Assembly (NCBI GenBank): GCA_950097015.1
Contig: CATNEN010000038.1
Location: 30,504,001-30,568,000 of the forward strand
Direction of reading: 5' to 3'
DNA: 64,000 nucleotides
Source of the DNA: Macrostomum hystrix
Taxonomy: Eukaryota; Animalia; Platyhelminthes
A program made the position numbers and the translations under genes. This document shows positions 23,501 to 36,400 of the stretch, one piece after another. The notes beneath the pieces were generated by a model that saw only the letters and a program-made list of their open reading frames with translations, had not been told where the DNA came from and did no database searches. Position 1 is the first letter of the stretch, and each line of letters opens with the position of its first letter.

Positions 23501-25867
23501 GATCCGGGTCTCTACTGTTGCAAGCATCGTCGCTGACTACGGAGCAGCGAGCCGAGGCTGTCGACGATGAAACGCCAGTCACAGCTGCTGCTGCTACTGT
23601 CGAGCAACTGGCTTTACTACTAAAGTCGCGTGTTGTTGAAGAATTCGACAACTTGGTGTCGGTTTTGTTGTCACCGTTGACAACCGAACCAGAGCCGATG
23701 CTGGGGCGTCTAAGATCGTGCATTTTGAGGTTTAAAAAAATTGATTTTGTTTTAATAGGTCAGTTTACAACCAGGAAAAAATTCTCACTAAGCCTGTTTT
23801 GTTCTTCTCGTATTGTGTTTTTTTAAATAAAATTTATTTCTTTAATTCAAATTTTATTTTAATATTATTAATTAACTTTGTTTGAATTTAACAAACCCGG
23901 AAAAATTATATATAAATGGAAATATGTAAAACTTCTTCCGTGTTCCGCAATGTTTTTGTCTATATTTGGTGTCGAAAATACTCGACACGGTGAAAATAAA
24001 ATGGCCTTGAAATTAGCAGGTCTTGCTATTTATTTCCAGCTATTAGAACCAAGTGCTATTAGCACGCTCCTAACTAGCCATAGAAAAAAATTCTAGTTAC
24101 TTGAGAGTTAAGTTTTGTATTGGACTAGGTTAGGTAGGTAGTAGCTAGGTGTGTGGCTAGAGCTAGAGAAGGTGCACATTTTATCAGCCACACACCGCAA
24201 AGAGCCCACTTTTTCTCGGACTCGGAAATCTGACTAAGATTAGAACAATATAATTAATTGTTTCGTAAAGAAAACAACTGCTTACTCTATGCTAATGTGA
24301 ATGCGAGTACATTTTCTGTATCAGTACGTCTGTTTTAAGTGTTACAATTGTAAACAAACTATCTATGCGCAAAATGCTTACTCGTTTTCTTATTCTTAAC
24401 TATATTTTCAATCTTATCACCGTGCACTCTTTATCTGAGCTCTTCTCTCCCTTTTCCCCATCCGCTCCCTCTTCTAGATCATCCACCTCTTCCCCATACT
24501 CTCTCTCTTCTAGATCCTCTCCCTCTTCCCCATGCTCTCTCTCTTCCCCATCCTCCCCCTCTTCCCCATGCTCTCTCTCTTCTAGATCCTCTCCCTCTTC
24601 CCCATGCTCTCTCTCTTCTAGATCCTCTCCCTCTTCCCCATATTCTCTCTCTTCTAGATCCTCTCCCTCTTCCCCATGCTCTCTCTCTTCTAGATCCTCC
24701 CCCTCTTCCCCATGCTCTCTCTCTTCTAGATCCTCTCCCTCTTCCCCATGCTCTCTCTCTTCTAGATCCTCTCCCTCTTCCCCATATTCTCTCTCTTCTA
24801 GATCCTCTCCCTCTTCCCCATGCTCTCTCTCTTCTAGATCCTCTCCCTCTTCCCCATGCTCTCTCTCTTCTAGATCCTCTCCCTCTTCCCCATGCTCCCT
24901 CTCTTCTAGATCCTCTCCCTCTTCCCCATATTCTCTCTCTTCTAGATCCTCTCCCTCTTCCCCATACTCTCTCTCTTCTAGATCCTCTCCCTCTTCCCCA
25001 TGCTCTCTCTCTTCTAGATCCTCTCCCTCTTCCCCATGCTCTCTCTCTTCTAGATCCTCTCCCTCTTCCCCATACTCTCTCTCTTCTAGATACTCACCCT
25101 CTTTCCCATACTCTCTCTCTTCTAGATCCTCTCCCTCTTCCCCATACTCTCTCTCTCTTCTAGATCCTCTCCCTCTTCCCCATACTCTCTCTCTCTCTTC
25201 TAGATCTTCTCTCTCTTCTAGATCCTCTCCCTCTTCCCCATACTCTCTCTCTTCTAGATCCTCTCCCTCTTCCCCATACTCTTTCTCTTCTAGATCCTCT
25301 CCCTCTTCCCCATACTCTCTCTCTTCTAGATACTCACCCTCTTTCCCATACTCTCTCTTCCCTATCCTGTCCCTCTTCTAGATTCTTTCCCTCTTCCCCA
25401 TCCTCTCTACATCGCTTCTACATATTCTTCCTCTTCTCTTCATCCTTTCTCTTTTAATCGATCGTCTCCCCTTTAACTCATCATCTCTAGCAATTTTTCT
25501 GCCAGATGTAGTCCTGCCAGATTAAACAACATGGTCAGATATATAATATACAATTACTACTAGGCAAGCATCTCAATTCCTACCTGTCGGTAGATGAAGT
25601 AAACAATGGCCAATCAAGCAGATCAGATGAGCATGCGCTGGCACTATTAGTCGGACATTGCTGTTTGCTAGGTTTCTGAACTACAGGTTGACTTCTATTG
25701 CTATGGGTGTTATGTTTCGGACTTAACTTTGGCGCGCCGGGATAAATTTTGTCAATAGTAATATCGTAGTCATTGCAAGTGTCAATCACGGTATTATAAT
25801 CGCCGAATATTTCTCGCATGCGTTGGCTCAAATTATCTTTCCAGGCCTCATCTGCTGCTGCTGACAT
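17501..25867 (-). CDS. AFF: AF4/FMR2 (AFF/lilliputian)-family super elongation complex scaffold; exons 25867-25584, 23709-21884, 21035-20501, 17786-17501
   Basis: N-terminal DNLSQRMREIFGDY resembles AFF DELSSRIQNMLGNY. C-terminal homology domain-like segments: ARDLKQRVDA, HFLLASVLFL, TYFEISQFIR, LAELCFLMLKSVVEYRLY, HADETWR, IGHLLSYL. S/P-rich middle; all three junctions phase-consistent (2,1,2). An extra upstream exon is possible. Confidence 0.75.
17799..20482. repeat. 24-bp minisatellite (GAGGATCAGGATGATGATGGGATT), ~110 units, making up almost the whole last AFF intron (17787-20500)
   Basis: Visible array bounded by a donor (gtaagc, 20500) and an acceptor (ccgcag, 17787) on the - strand. 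Confidence 0.97.
21155..21830. repeat. Degenerate GAATCC-motif minisatellite (~14/28-bp period) in AFF intron 2
   Basis: Recurrent gagaatccaaaatggggaatcctgtgat. Confidence 0.85.
24460..25400. repeat. 36-bp polypyrimidine/polypurine minisatellite (TCTCTCTCTTCTAGATCCTCTCCCTCTTCCCCATGC) in AFF intron 1
   Basis: About 25 tandem units. Confidence 0.95.
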
Positions 25868-26224
25868 GTTACGAATGAGACCAACTGAAAAAAACAATCA
25901 AAATATGATCAGCCTGGGTATTAAAGTTATCAATAGAGGCATCAAAAAACATCCCAGTTCTTATCTGTCCTCAAATCTCCAATAACCTATAATGATTTCT
26001 CTCACCTGTCTACCATCTTTTCCATACATGCCCAACATCCATCCGATCCGTCCAAACCAGACAGGTGAAATGGCCACCGGCCAAGGTAAGTCGCAAAATC
26101 GAAAACGAGACAAAGGAAAAATTTGGGGGAAGAAAGAAAGAAGAGTAAGAGAAAGGGAAAAGAAAAGAGAAAAAGGCAAGAAAAGTCGTATACAAAGTGA
26201 AAATTAAGTCGCATTCAAGGGAAA

Positions 26225-26930
26225 ATTAAGTCGCAATTGGGAGGAACTAAGTCGCAATTGGGAGGAACTAAGTCGCAATTGAGAGGAACTAAGTCGCAAT
26301 TGAGAGGAACTAAGTCGCAATTGGGAGGAACTAAGTCGCAATTGGGAGGAACTAAGTCGCAATTGGGAGGAACTAAGTCGCAATTGGGAGGAACTAAGTC
26401 GCAATTGAGAGGAACTAAGTCGCAATTGGGAGGAACTAAGTCGCAATTGGGAGGAACTAAGTCGCAATTGGGAGGAACTAAGTCGCAATTGGGAGGAACT
26501 AAGTCGCAATTGGGAGGAACTAAGTCGCAATTGGGAGGAACTAAGTCGCAATTGAGAGGAACTAAGTCGCAATTGAGAGGAACTAAGTCGCAATTGGGAG
26601 GAACTAAGTCGCAATTGGGAGGAACTAAGTCGCAATTGGGAGGAACTAAGTCGCAATTGAGAGGAACTAAGTCGCAATTGGGAGGAACTAAGTCGCAATT
26701 GGGAGGAACTAAGTCGCAATTGGGAGGAACTAAGTCGCAATTGGGAGGAACTAAGTCGCAATTGGGAGGAACTAAGTCGCAATTGGGAGGAACTAAGTCG
26801 CAATTGAGAGGAACTAAGTCGCAATTGAGAGGAACTAAGTCGCAATTGGGAGGAACTAAGTCGCAATTGAGAGGAACTAAGTTGCAATTGAGAGGAACTA
26901 AGTCGCAATTGAGAGGAACTAAGTCGCAAT
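26225..26930. repeat. 21-bp minisatellite (TAAGTCGCAATTG[G/A]GAGGAAC) upstream of the AFF CDS
   Basis: About 33 near-perfect units with one biallelic position. Confidence 0.97.
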
Positions 26931-27990
26931 CAATCGGGAAAGATAGTGAGGGCAGGAGAAAGGGAAGTGAAATGAGGTATGCATTACCAGTTTTAAGTGC
27001 AAGCACGCATTACATGCTTTTCTCTACTCCCATAATCTACTATAATATTTCCTATATTTTCATCTCTAGCCTCTTATTCATCCTCTTATATTGATTTATC
27101 GCCTTCCTATTCTCTAGTCAATACCATTCTCTCTGCCCTTATTTTATCAACTTCTTTTGATTCATTAATATCAAACTTACCTAGCAAAAATTAAATGAAA
27201 GGACTAAAAAACCTAATTCACTGATTAAACCTGTCAAAATTTAGTCTACAAATACTCCATTGTTTAGCTATGTAACTAAAAATTTCTATTATGAACAAGA
27301 TATAATATACACATGTATTGATTCAAATTTTTCTTTATCGATAAATTAGATAATTAAATTAGCATGACTGGTAATGTCTTTAGTCATATGATATTTCAAA
27401 TGGATTAACAATTGGTAATTATTACTCATTAGTTACAATATTTTTAAAGTGCAATTAAAACAAAGAAAACTTGTTTTGACTAACATAAAATTAAATGCTT
27501 GGTATTATGTGTCAGTCTACATCAAGATAAGCACAATTCATATGATATACATTTTATTAAGTTGAATAGTACATTTTAACAAAGCCCAAAGACAAGATTT
27601 TTATTAGATATTAGGCAAGTCACAAGTAACTTCAGTCACAAGTAAAAGTATATTTTAGGCCTATTTACATCACTAAAATGTTGTAAAGCTTCATAAATAT
27701 ACTAGTATATAGCTAATGCAAATGGAAAATTGAAAGCTTACTTATCCCCTTAGATAAAACTTTCAATTCAGCACAAAAACACATTCATTTTACTACAATT
27801 TATTTTATGACTAGAGAAACTTGTATAGGAATTATTTTGATACTCAACCCTCTTACACTAGTCCTATTGTGATTGAACATGGCCTTTTTATATAATTCCC
27901 TAATGTAAAAGAACATGATTGGCTTTTTTGTGTCACTAAGGTATATTTGAGACACAAGTTACTGGATATTATGGTATACCACAATTCATT

Positions 27991-28790
27991 GCATGACTGG
28001 TAATGTCTTTAGTCATATGATATTTCAAATGGAAGAAATCTATTGAAGTGGATCAAGTAACAAAACTTAGCTTTTTCATCAATTTCATATTATGATCTCC
28101 AGGCATGAAACTTATTAGGTAGGGATTGTGTAATGTAAGTGAGTAGAATATGTCATGAACAAGCAAATATACTTAAAAAAGCAGTGCTTTTTTATATTTA
28201 CTTTAGCTACACAAGCTTTTAAATAGAGGAACTACATTTAAGAGGATGAAGCAAGAAAATGTGGCATTCTCATCAATTTTGTATTAAGATCCCCTAAGTA
28301 TGAAATTTATTAGGTGGGGGATCATGTAATAATGTAAGTAATTTCTGCCTGTACTAATTTCAGCAATGTTCATAACATTATTTTAAAATAGAAAGCTTGT
28401 ATTAGTAATCTATAATTTGAACAAGTGAATGTTAAGTTGTATACATAACACATACTCTTTTTTATTTAACAATCCTCTTGAAGTACAACTGTACAGACAA
28501 TATTGTTGCACTTTTTGGCAATTGTAAAATGAATGTGAAGGGGTGTGGGACTCTGGAAGCATAAAAATGTTAGTCTTGTCATTGTTACAACCTAATTCTG
28601 TAGAATTTCCATAACAACTATAGGCCTAGTAGATTTACTTATTCATATTACACATTCTACTTGCTCACATTACACAATCCTTACCTAATAAAGTTACTAC
28701 TTCTAGGATCATTAATCATAATATGAAATTAACTTAATTGCTAAGCTTTCTTACTTGATCCATTTCAATAGATTTTTTCCTATTTAAAGA
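27991..28790. mobile_element. Foldback/MITE-like remnant with ~150-bp imperfect inverted arms (28023-28173 and 28629-28788) and a third degenerate internal copy (~28245-28340)
   Basis: aaatctattgaagtggatcaagtaa...tattaggtagggattgtgtaatgt is the reverse complement of acattacacaatccttacctaata...ttacttgatccatttcaatagattt; a 43-bp exact direct repeat lies at 27362-27404 and 27991-28033. Confidence 0.6.
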
Positions 28791-31115
28791 TTGTATAACA
28801 AAAGTGAATATATAGGGTCTCATTTGATTGTTCAGTTTCAGATAAACTATGATCTATGATATAAAATAAATTACCACCAGAAAACAGTTTTTTGTAATGA
28901 CATTAATTGGATAAAGTTTTGTCAGTTTTCTACTCATAGACTATGCATTTTACATGGGGTTGATATAACAAATGTGTTGTGATTGGGAGTAGGAATTGAG
29001 ATCAAGAATGTAGAATACCATTTTATGCATGTAGGCCTAGCTACACTAAGCTACATTCTACTGAGTATCTTAAAGAAAAATGATTTAACCATTTAAGTAA
29101 TTACTATTTTAACTAGTCTATCTTTAACATTTAGGTTTAGGTTTCCTATTTTTCAAAAAAATAAAGTAGGCCTGACTCTAACTAAAAGTAAAGCATTCTT
29201 GACTAATCACAGTCAAAGAATGCACTAGTCTTTGACAACATATATTGGCATTAAAGTATTCATATATATTAACGCCAAATTAACTTGGAAATATTATCAT
29301 CAGATTATCAGATGGAGTGGCATGGTCCAGCAGCAGCAGGGTGCACTGCAAGTCAACTGCAATTGTTACAGATTGCTACAGAAAGAGGAAAGTAGCTGAA
29401 CTATATGCATTACTTTGTAGGTTTATAAATTTGTAAAATATTTCATATCAATGTAGCATGTCTGACTCGCTTTAAATGCAATATTATCACATCTTAAGCT
29501 TAAGATAAGCTTAGGACATAGAAGCATTGCCATTTGGTAATTGGTAGGACACCAGTAGAGAGTAGACAAAACTACTTTAGTTTAAATATCTATATTAGTT
29601 AGCGTAGTTTACTACCTTTACTTAAGGAGTTAGGGCTAAATATACTGACAAAAAATCTAATTAAAAAAATACCTACTCAAATAAACTGCTAAGTTTACTA
29701 CAAATACCTTTTGGATAACCGAAGTAAAAACCGCTTACATCGTCAAAAACAGCTGTAAACATTCGTAAATCAATCAATACAAATGTTACAAATATTACTT
29801 CTTTATTTTTGGCTCTCATTTTACATAATTTGTTTTTGTATATAAAAATTAGAAACAATTGTTTGTCACATGCGTAGCCTTCTCAAGAAAAAGTTTTTGC
29901 TTGTTTTATTATGTGAAGATGAACTTTCTTAAAAAATGCGCAAATTTAAAAGTATGTTAGCAATGTCTTGTTGCAGTGTTCTTTTTCCCGATTACCTTTT
30001 GATTGCTCTTGTTTAAATCAAATAAAAATGTGCTATCACTTGGTTTCATGTTTTTTTTTATATTTTTTATATTTATTACCTCAACACTCTCTAATGAATA
30101 TCTTACCAATTTGTTCCATTGCATTCTGATAACCTCATTAATTCACGAAAACAAAATATTTACTTTCCATGAAATCGTCTTACTTGCAGACTTTTGAATA
30201 AGCTTTCGAAGGCAAACTTTTGACAAGATTTTAATTAAAATACTAGTTTAAATTTCGCATGAACTTTAATTAAAAACAGCTTTCAAATAGCTAGTACATT
30301 AATTCATTTTAAGCTAAAAATACATCGAATTATAATTGGCTTAAACAGAATTACGTCTGCGCCAAAATATTGTTACTAGTACTTTTAGAGCGGTGGCCCG
30401 TCGACCAACAATATGTAAAGCAGCAGCGAATCATCGGTCTTTCTTACAGTAAGCGCATAATAATCAAATAATGATTTGTGCATTTTTGTAGCTAATGTAA
30501 ATATGAAAAGAGCAATTCATGGTCTGACAGTGTATTGTATATCATACAGTCAGCAAGTAGTCACTTGGGAGTTTTTGTGAAATTCTTGAAGACGAAATGC
30601 CCATAGTTTGTTTTATTTGGCCTGAAACTGCCAATGTGTCGATGCGCCATATGCTATATATTCGCATTTTATTTAACATTTTAAGTAGAGAATTTTAACC
30701 GCTCATTAGAAAATCTGACACTTACCACACTAACATGTAGTTCTTAATACAACTAAAAAAATTGGAACGTGGGAAAGCTTAAAATGTTTTTCTTGTTAAG
30801 CAGTTGAGTTTATTATCCTTTTTTAATGAGCAAACAAATAATAGTGCAGTTGTAGCAAGGAGATCAATGATTTTACAAAAGCGAATATCGATCTTCACAT
30901 TTTTAACTGTCTTCATAAAACCTAATTATCATTGCTTGATTTCAAATAAAAAGGATTAGCCCATATATTCATATTTTAGGTTGTGATGTAAATTCAGTTA
31001 AGAATATATTAAAAGAGAAAGAATTAAATTTTAGCTTGCCAACAAAAGTTACAACCTACTGCTTTACCTAAGAAACAGACAACTTTATCTATCAGAGTCA
31101 TTGTAACAAATCTAC

Positions 31116-34079
31116 TTAAAGGAAGCCCAGCTTGGCGAGTCGCTCCGCTTTTGTTTCCTTGGCGCCGGAGTTCGGCCGCTGCAGCTGTCGGCTGGGATTA
31201 TCATTTCCGGACGGATTATAGTCGGAGTAGGCCTTCCTGGGCGTGCGGCTGCCCAGGATCACCGAGCGAGTGCCGTTGACGCCTGGGGATGCCGACAGTA
31301 CAATGGGATCGCCCTGCAGCGATCTGGCTCGGCCCATACCAACTGGCCAGAGTTGGTTGCTATGGCCATAGACAGACGGCTGAGCCAGCCAATCCGGCGA
31401 GGCCTGCAGTTGGTACACGGGGCCCATGCCAACAGGCTCGCTGAAGACACTTGGCGCACCCTGAGTCAGCATGTAGATGGGCTCCTTGGCGTACGGATCA
31501 TCGACATCGTAGACATCGTCGTCCAATACGTCGATCACGACATCGTTTGCCACATCATCGCCATCCTCTAGGCGACGAAGCTGGTGAATCTTCGGCAGGA
31601 AGATGACGAGCAGGGCTAGAGTCAGGTTGATGAAGAGGCCGAAAGCTTGACTGGCATCTTTCACTTCGATATCCTGCGGTTTTTATATAAATTCGGCATT
31701 TTTTATTACGATTTCCTCTGCACGAATGAATTTAATAAATTAAGTGTGCATGAGAACTGGACTCACTTCGTTCAGGGATCCAATGAGACACCAGGCGATC
31801 CAGACTGGTATGCTCAAACCGGCCACGCAGCCAACAAAGATGGATTCGCGATTGTTTCGCCCGATGCTGTGAGCTCGCACGGCTAGGCAGGTGCACAGCA
31901 GAATGAGGGCCATGCAATACACCAGTGACTGCAGGTGCTGCTCAAAGGTCTGACCGCAGCGCACCTGTCCATCAATCATTGGGGTGCTGATTGGCACGAG
32001 GATTAGCCATTCGACATTGATGGCAATCTGGACGCAGATAGCCAGAACAAACATCAGCAGCTGGTAGACGGGTTTGAGCATGTCGTTCATCAGGTTGAGC
32101 AGTTTCACCATTAGGATGGCGAACATCGCCGCGTACTCAAAGCCCAACATGAACCGGATTGTGCCGCAGGTCTCCACAGAAGGCCACGGTATCCAGGCGA
32201 ATAGGAAGACATAGCCGATCAGGATGATAAACAACAGGAACTGACCGGACCAGAGCGTGTCGAAGCTCTTCAATTCGGATGGCAGGGCCAGAACCTTGAA
32301 CAGGATGTAGATGATAAACAGGAGAGTGACAATGATGCCGATACTGGCGCACACAATCAGAGCGTACACCCAGTACTGCCTGCGGTAGCGCATCTGGGCC
32401 AAGCTAGAATTTGCCGTGGTCGCCAAATTGGCAGTCGTGGTGGCAATCGCCATAGTCGAAGGCGCTGCAGTGGTCGTCGCATTGGTCGGACAGCGGGTCA
32501 AACAGGCCGCATCGCACACTGCGCTGGGGGCCCAAGTGACATTGCGCTCATCTGCTCCGTAGGCCTGAGGAGTCGCACTCAGACTGAAGCTGCCAGTCTC
32601 ATAAGCCGCTACTTGAGTCCAAGCATAGCCGGGGTAGCGTTTCTGGTAGTTGTTCACGAGCAATCGGAACTTGCTAGCGGCACCAGTGGCCGGGTCCAAT
32701 GCCACATCGGTGTAGCTAATATTGGCCACATTGTACAGCTGCTCGTAGCTCAGGCGATACCGGTTGACGTTCGAGCGGAAGGCATCGCAGAGCCCGACGA
32801 AGCCAGACGAGCAGAGCTGACGACGTACAAGTTCCAGAGCGTGCAGGCTCATGTCGACGCTTTGAATCACTCGATAGGCGGACGCGTCAACGCTAGCTGT
32901 GGTTTGAAGATTGTTCGCGGCATAGTTGCAGGTGGTGGGGTAGCTGGTGCTGCTGCTACCGGGCAGGTTGCAAGCAAAGTTCGTCGACCAAAAGTCGCTC
33001 AGCCAAGGATTTTGCTCGGTGTGACCGGCCATGTCCGGTCTCAGCGACTTGAAATAGGCCAGGTAGTTCGCATAGGTCATTGTGGAGGACGCCTCAACAG
33101 CCAGACTGCCGGAGAAGAAGTTCTCACGGCCGCTGACCAAGGATGAAATTGAGTCCCACTGCTCGCCCAGCAGTAGCCAGGTGAACGTGCCGCTGCTGGG
33201 TAACAGCGCCAGCATCTGCGACGCGAAGCTCAGCAGATCCGATCGCGTCATGAGCAGCAGAACCGGCCGAACGCGAGGAAATCCGGCTACGGAGCTGGCG
33301 GCACCGCTGGAGAAAGACACGTGGTTGACCACACAGATGCCCGCCGTGGCAAGCCGAGAATGAGCAGCCTGAGCCAGCGCGGAGTACCGTCCGGTCTGTA
33401 CGGAGGCGTCGCTATGCACCAGCTGGACGTGTTGAACACCCAGACGGCGGAGCGTCAACGCCAGAGCGTCGATCTCGATTATATCGCCGGGTAGGAGACG
33501 CGCCAGCAGCGGAAAGTAGGATTTGGACAGCGAGTTGGAGGCCAGGCTGTAGCTGAGAGCTGGTCTGCCGACCGAGTTAGTCACGTCGAAGGCAGCCGAC
33601 GCCTGTTCCATGGACTCCAGGCCGATGTAGGCGGCCAGATTGCGAGGCTCCACTGAGCCGCTGGAGCTACCAAAGACAGTCTCGCAGGTCTCCAGATTGC
33701 CCAACAGTTGAGCCGGCAGCATGCTTGATCGGCAGCCGTCGAGCACCAGGGCGCCGATGGTGACGCCCTGCAGGATTCCTGGATAACGACTACTGAATGT
33801 GGAGGTGGCCCACAGGCCGGCTTCCAAGCGTTGCATCGCCTGCAGACTTGCAGTACCGCTGCACTCCAATGGATTCGAACTGCTCGTGATGTCCTGCAGG
33901 AACGCCAGGTAGATGTAGCTCTCGTTGACGCCCTGACCGGCGGATTTCGCGAAGCCGACCAGGCGGTTTGTTCGCTGGCGACCCGGCAGACAGACCTGAC
34001 CGCAGACCAGCTGGCCGCATACAAACAACACTAGCGATAAAACCAATAGTTTAGCCGGCAGCAATTGATCCTGCCGCAT
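31116..34079 (-). CDS. Class C (glutamate-family) GPCR, divergent/orphan; exons 34079-31767 and 31673-31116
   Basis: Signal peptide; Venus flytrap domain motifs (GVTIGALVLDGC, SYSLASNSLS..FPLLARLLPGD, NPWLSDFW..NFAC); seven hydrophobic helices with NNRESIFVG and VWIAW; phase-0 intron GAA|gtgagt..ccgcag|GAT. Confidence 0.88.
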
Positions 34080-34629
34080 TTTATTCAATCAATATTCAAT
34101 AATCTTTAACAGAGATACTTGGAAACTATTTGAGTCCAGTCTAATTCGCTGGTCAATACTAGCATGTAGCTTAACTAACCAAAAATTATTAGACGCAAAG
34201 ATGGGTGGGTACAGTGGGTGGGTCTTTACTCTTTTGAGTGAGAGATGCCGAGGCTCTCCCACAAGAGATACGCCCCCAACACGCCCGCGCCTCCGAATTG
34301 AGGGCCAGAGCTCATTGCTAGAGCAGTGTACTCATAGACAACAATGCAAAAGTAGCTACATTTTGTAACAACTAAATAAGGGTAAGAAAAAATTTAAATT
34401 AAAAAATCTCTGGCAACGTTTTTTACTCTTGTGGAACGGTGTAACGAAGAACGAAGACTGGTGTGTGGAACGAATATTTTAGTAAAATATAGTACGTTTC
34501 TGGAAAATATATGTAGACTTAAGTCGATTTCACAGACTATTCAAGTAGATTCATTTAGATTCTAGTGTACTTTTGTATTTTCTATAGACGACAGGACTTT
34601 AGTAAACTCTTGTCGTCTTAAGCACATGT

Positions 34630-35412
34630 AAGTAGACTTCAGTACATCCTAGGAGACTTCAGTACATTCTAGTAGACTTCAGTACATCCTAGTAGACTTC
34701 AGTACATCCTAGTTAGACTTCAGTACATCCTAGTTAGACTTCAGTACATCCTAGTTAGACTTCAGTACATCCTAGTTAGACTTCAGTACATCCTAGTTAG
34801 ACTTCAGTACATCCTAGTTAGACTTCAGTACATTCTAGTAGACTTCAGTACTATCCAAGTAGACTTCAGTACATTCTAGCAGACTTCAGTACATTCTAGT
34901 ATACTTCAGTACATCCTAGTAGACTTCAGTACATTCTAGTAGACTTTAGTACATCCTAGTAGACTTCAGTACATCCAAGTAGACTTCAGTACATCCTAGT
35001 AGACTTCAGTACATCCTAGTAGACTTCAGTACATCCTAGGAGACTTCAGTACATTCTAGTAGACTTCAGTACATCCTAGTAGACTTCAGTACATCCTAGT
35101 AGACTTCAGTTCAGACTTCAGTACATTCTAGCAGACTTCAGTACATTCTAGTATACTTCAGTACATCCTAGTAGACTTCAGTACATCCTAGTAGACTTCA
35201 GTACATCCTAGTAGACTTCAGTACATCCTAGTAGACTTCAGTACATTCTAGTAGACTTCAGTACATCCTAGTAGACTTCAGTTCAGACTTCAGTACATCC
35301 TAGTTAGACTTCAGTACATTCTAGGAGACTTCAGTACATCCTAGTAGACTTCAGTACATCCTAGTAGACTTCAGTACATCCTAGTAGACTTCAGTACATC
35401 CTAGTAGACTTC
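34630..35412. repeat. 20/21-bp minisatellite (AGACTTCAGTACATCCTAGT)
   Basis: About 38 tandem units. Confidence 0.96.
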
Positions 35413-36019
35413 GAATTAAAAAAAGATAGAACTTCTAAAGTTTTTTTGAAATTTTCAGGTCATTTTAACTTTAACTTTAAGGCTGATATTATGCCAATCA
35501 ATTGGATGATCAATTAACGGCTGAGTATCTACCGGTAATTATATTTAAGCCTTAAAATCGAACAATTTTTCAATCAATAAATCAAATAGTGCTATTTGTG
35601 TGCAACAAATACTTACAAAATACATCAATCAAAGTACGGCTAAAATCAGACAAAACCATATGGCTATTGGCTAAGACAGCAAAAAACGCGCAGCTCGAAA
35701 AAAACTATCAGTTAAAATCAAAACGCAGAATGCACTACTCCCGGTGCGTAGAATAAGTAGTAGAACTGATAAAAAAACTTGATCAAAAAATAGCAGACAA
35801 ACCTTTGAGTGTGAACAGAGAATTTGTGCAAGAGTTTAATGGCGTGGAAAATGTGTTTGACATAATACAAAATATTACATAGCCAGCAAAACCAAAGACT
35901 AAGAAACTGATGTGATAAGCTAAATTGACTTTTAAAAAATAAATATTATACCGCAAATATTTAATAATTTTGTGTCCTTCTAACCAGTATATTAGGGTTC
36001 TTTGGAAGTCTTAAATAAC

Positions 36020-36400
36020 ATTTTATGACCTCCAGTGTCCATTTTTGTGTCTCTGACCTTTAATGTCCTTAAACTTTGACCTTTAGTGACCTTAAACTCT
36101 GATTCTTAGTGCCCTTAACTTTGACCTTTAATGTCCCTAAAATCTGATCTTTAGTGTCCTTAAACTCTGATCTTTAGTGTCCTTAACTTTGACCTTTAGT
36201 GTCCTTCAACTTTGACCTTAAGTGACCTTAAACTCCGATCTTTAGTGCCCTTAACTTTGACCTTTAATGTCCCTAAAATCTGATTTTAGTGTCCTTAAAC
36301 TCTTATCTTTAGTGTCCTTTATTAAACTTTGACCTTTAGTGCCCTTAACTTTGACCTTTAGTGACCTTTTGAAGTCTGACCTTTAATGTCATTAAATTCT
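36020..36400. repeat. Degenerate ~22-bp minisatellite (TTTGACCTTTAGTGTCCTTAAC)
   Basis: Visible tandem units. Confidence 0.85.

Noticed and set aside
24365-27094. Ser-rich, LRR-like and GTKSQL repeat ORFs
   Set aside because: Open in several frames and strands because the units lack stop codons; they lie in an AFF intron or upstream region
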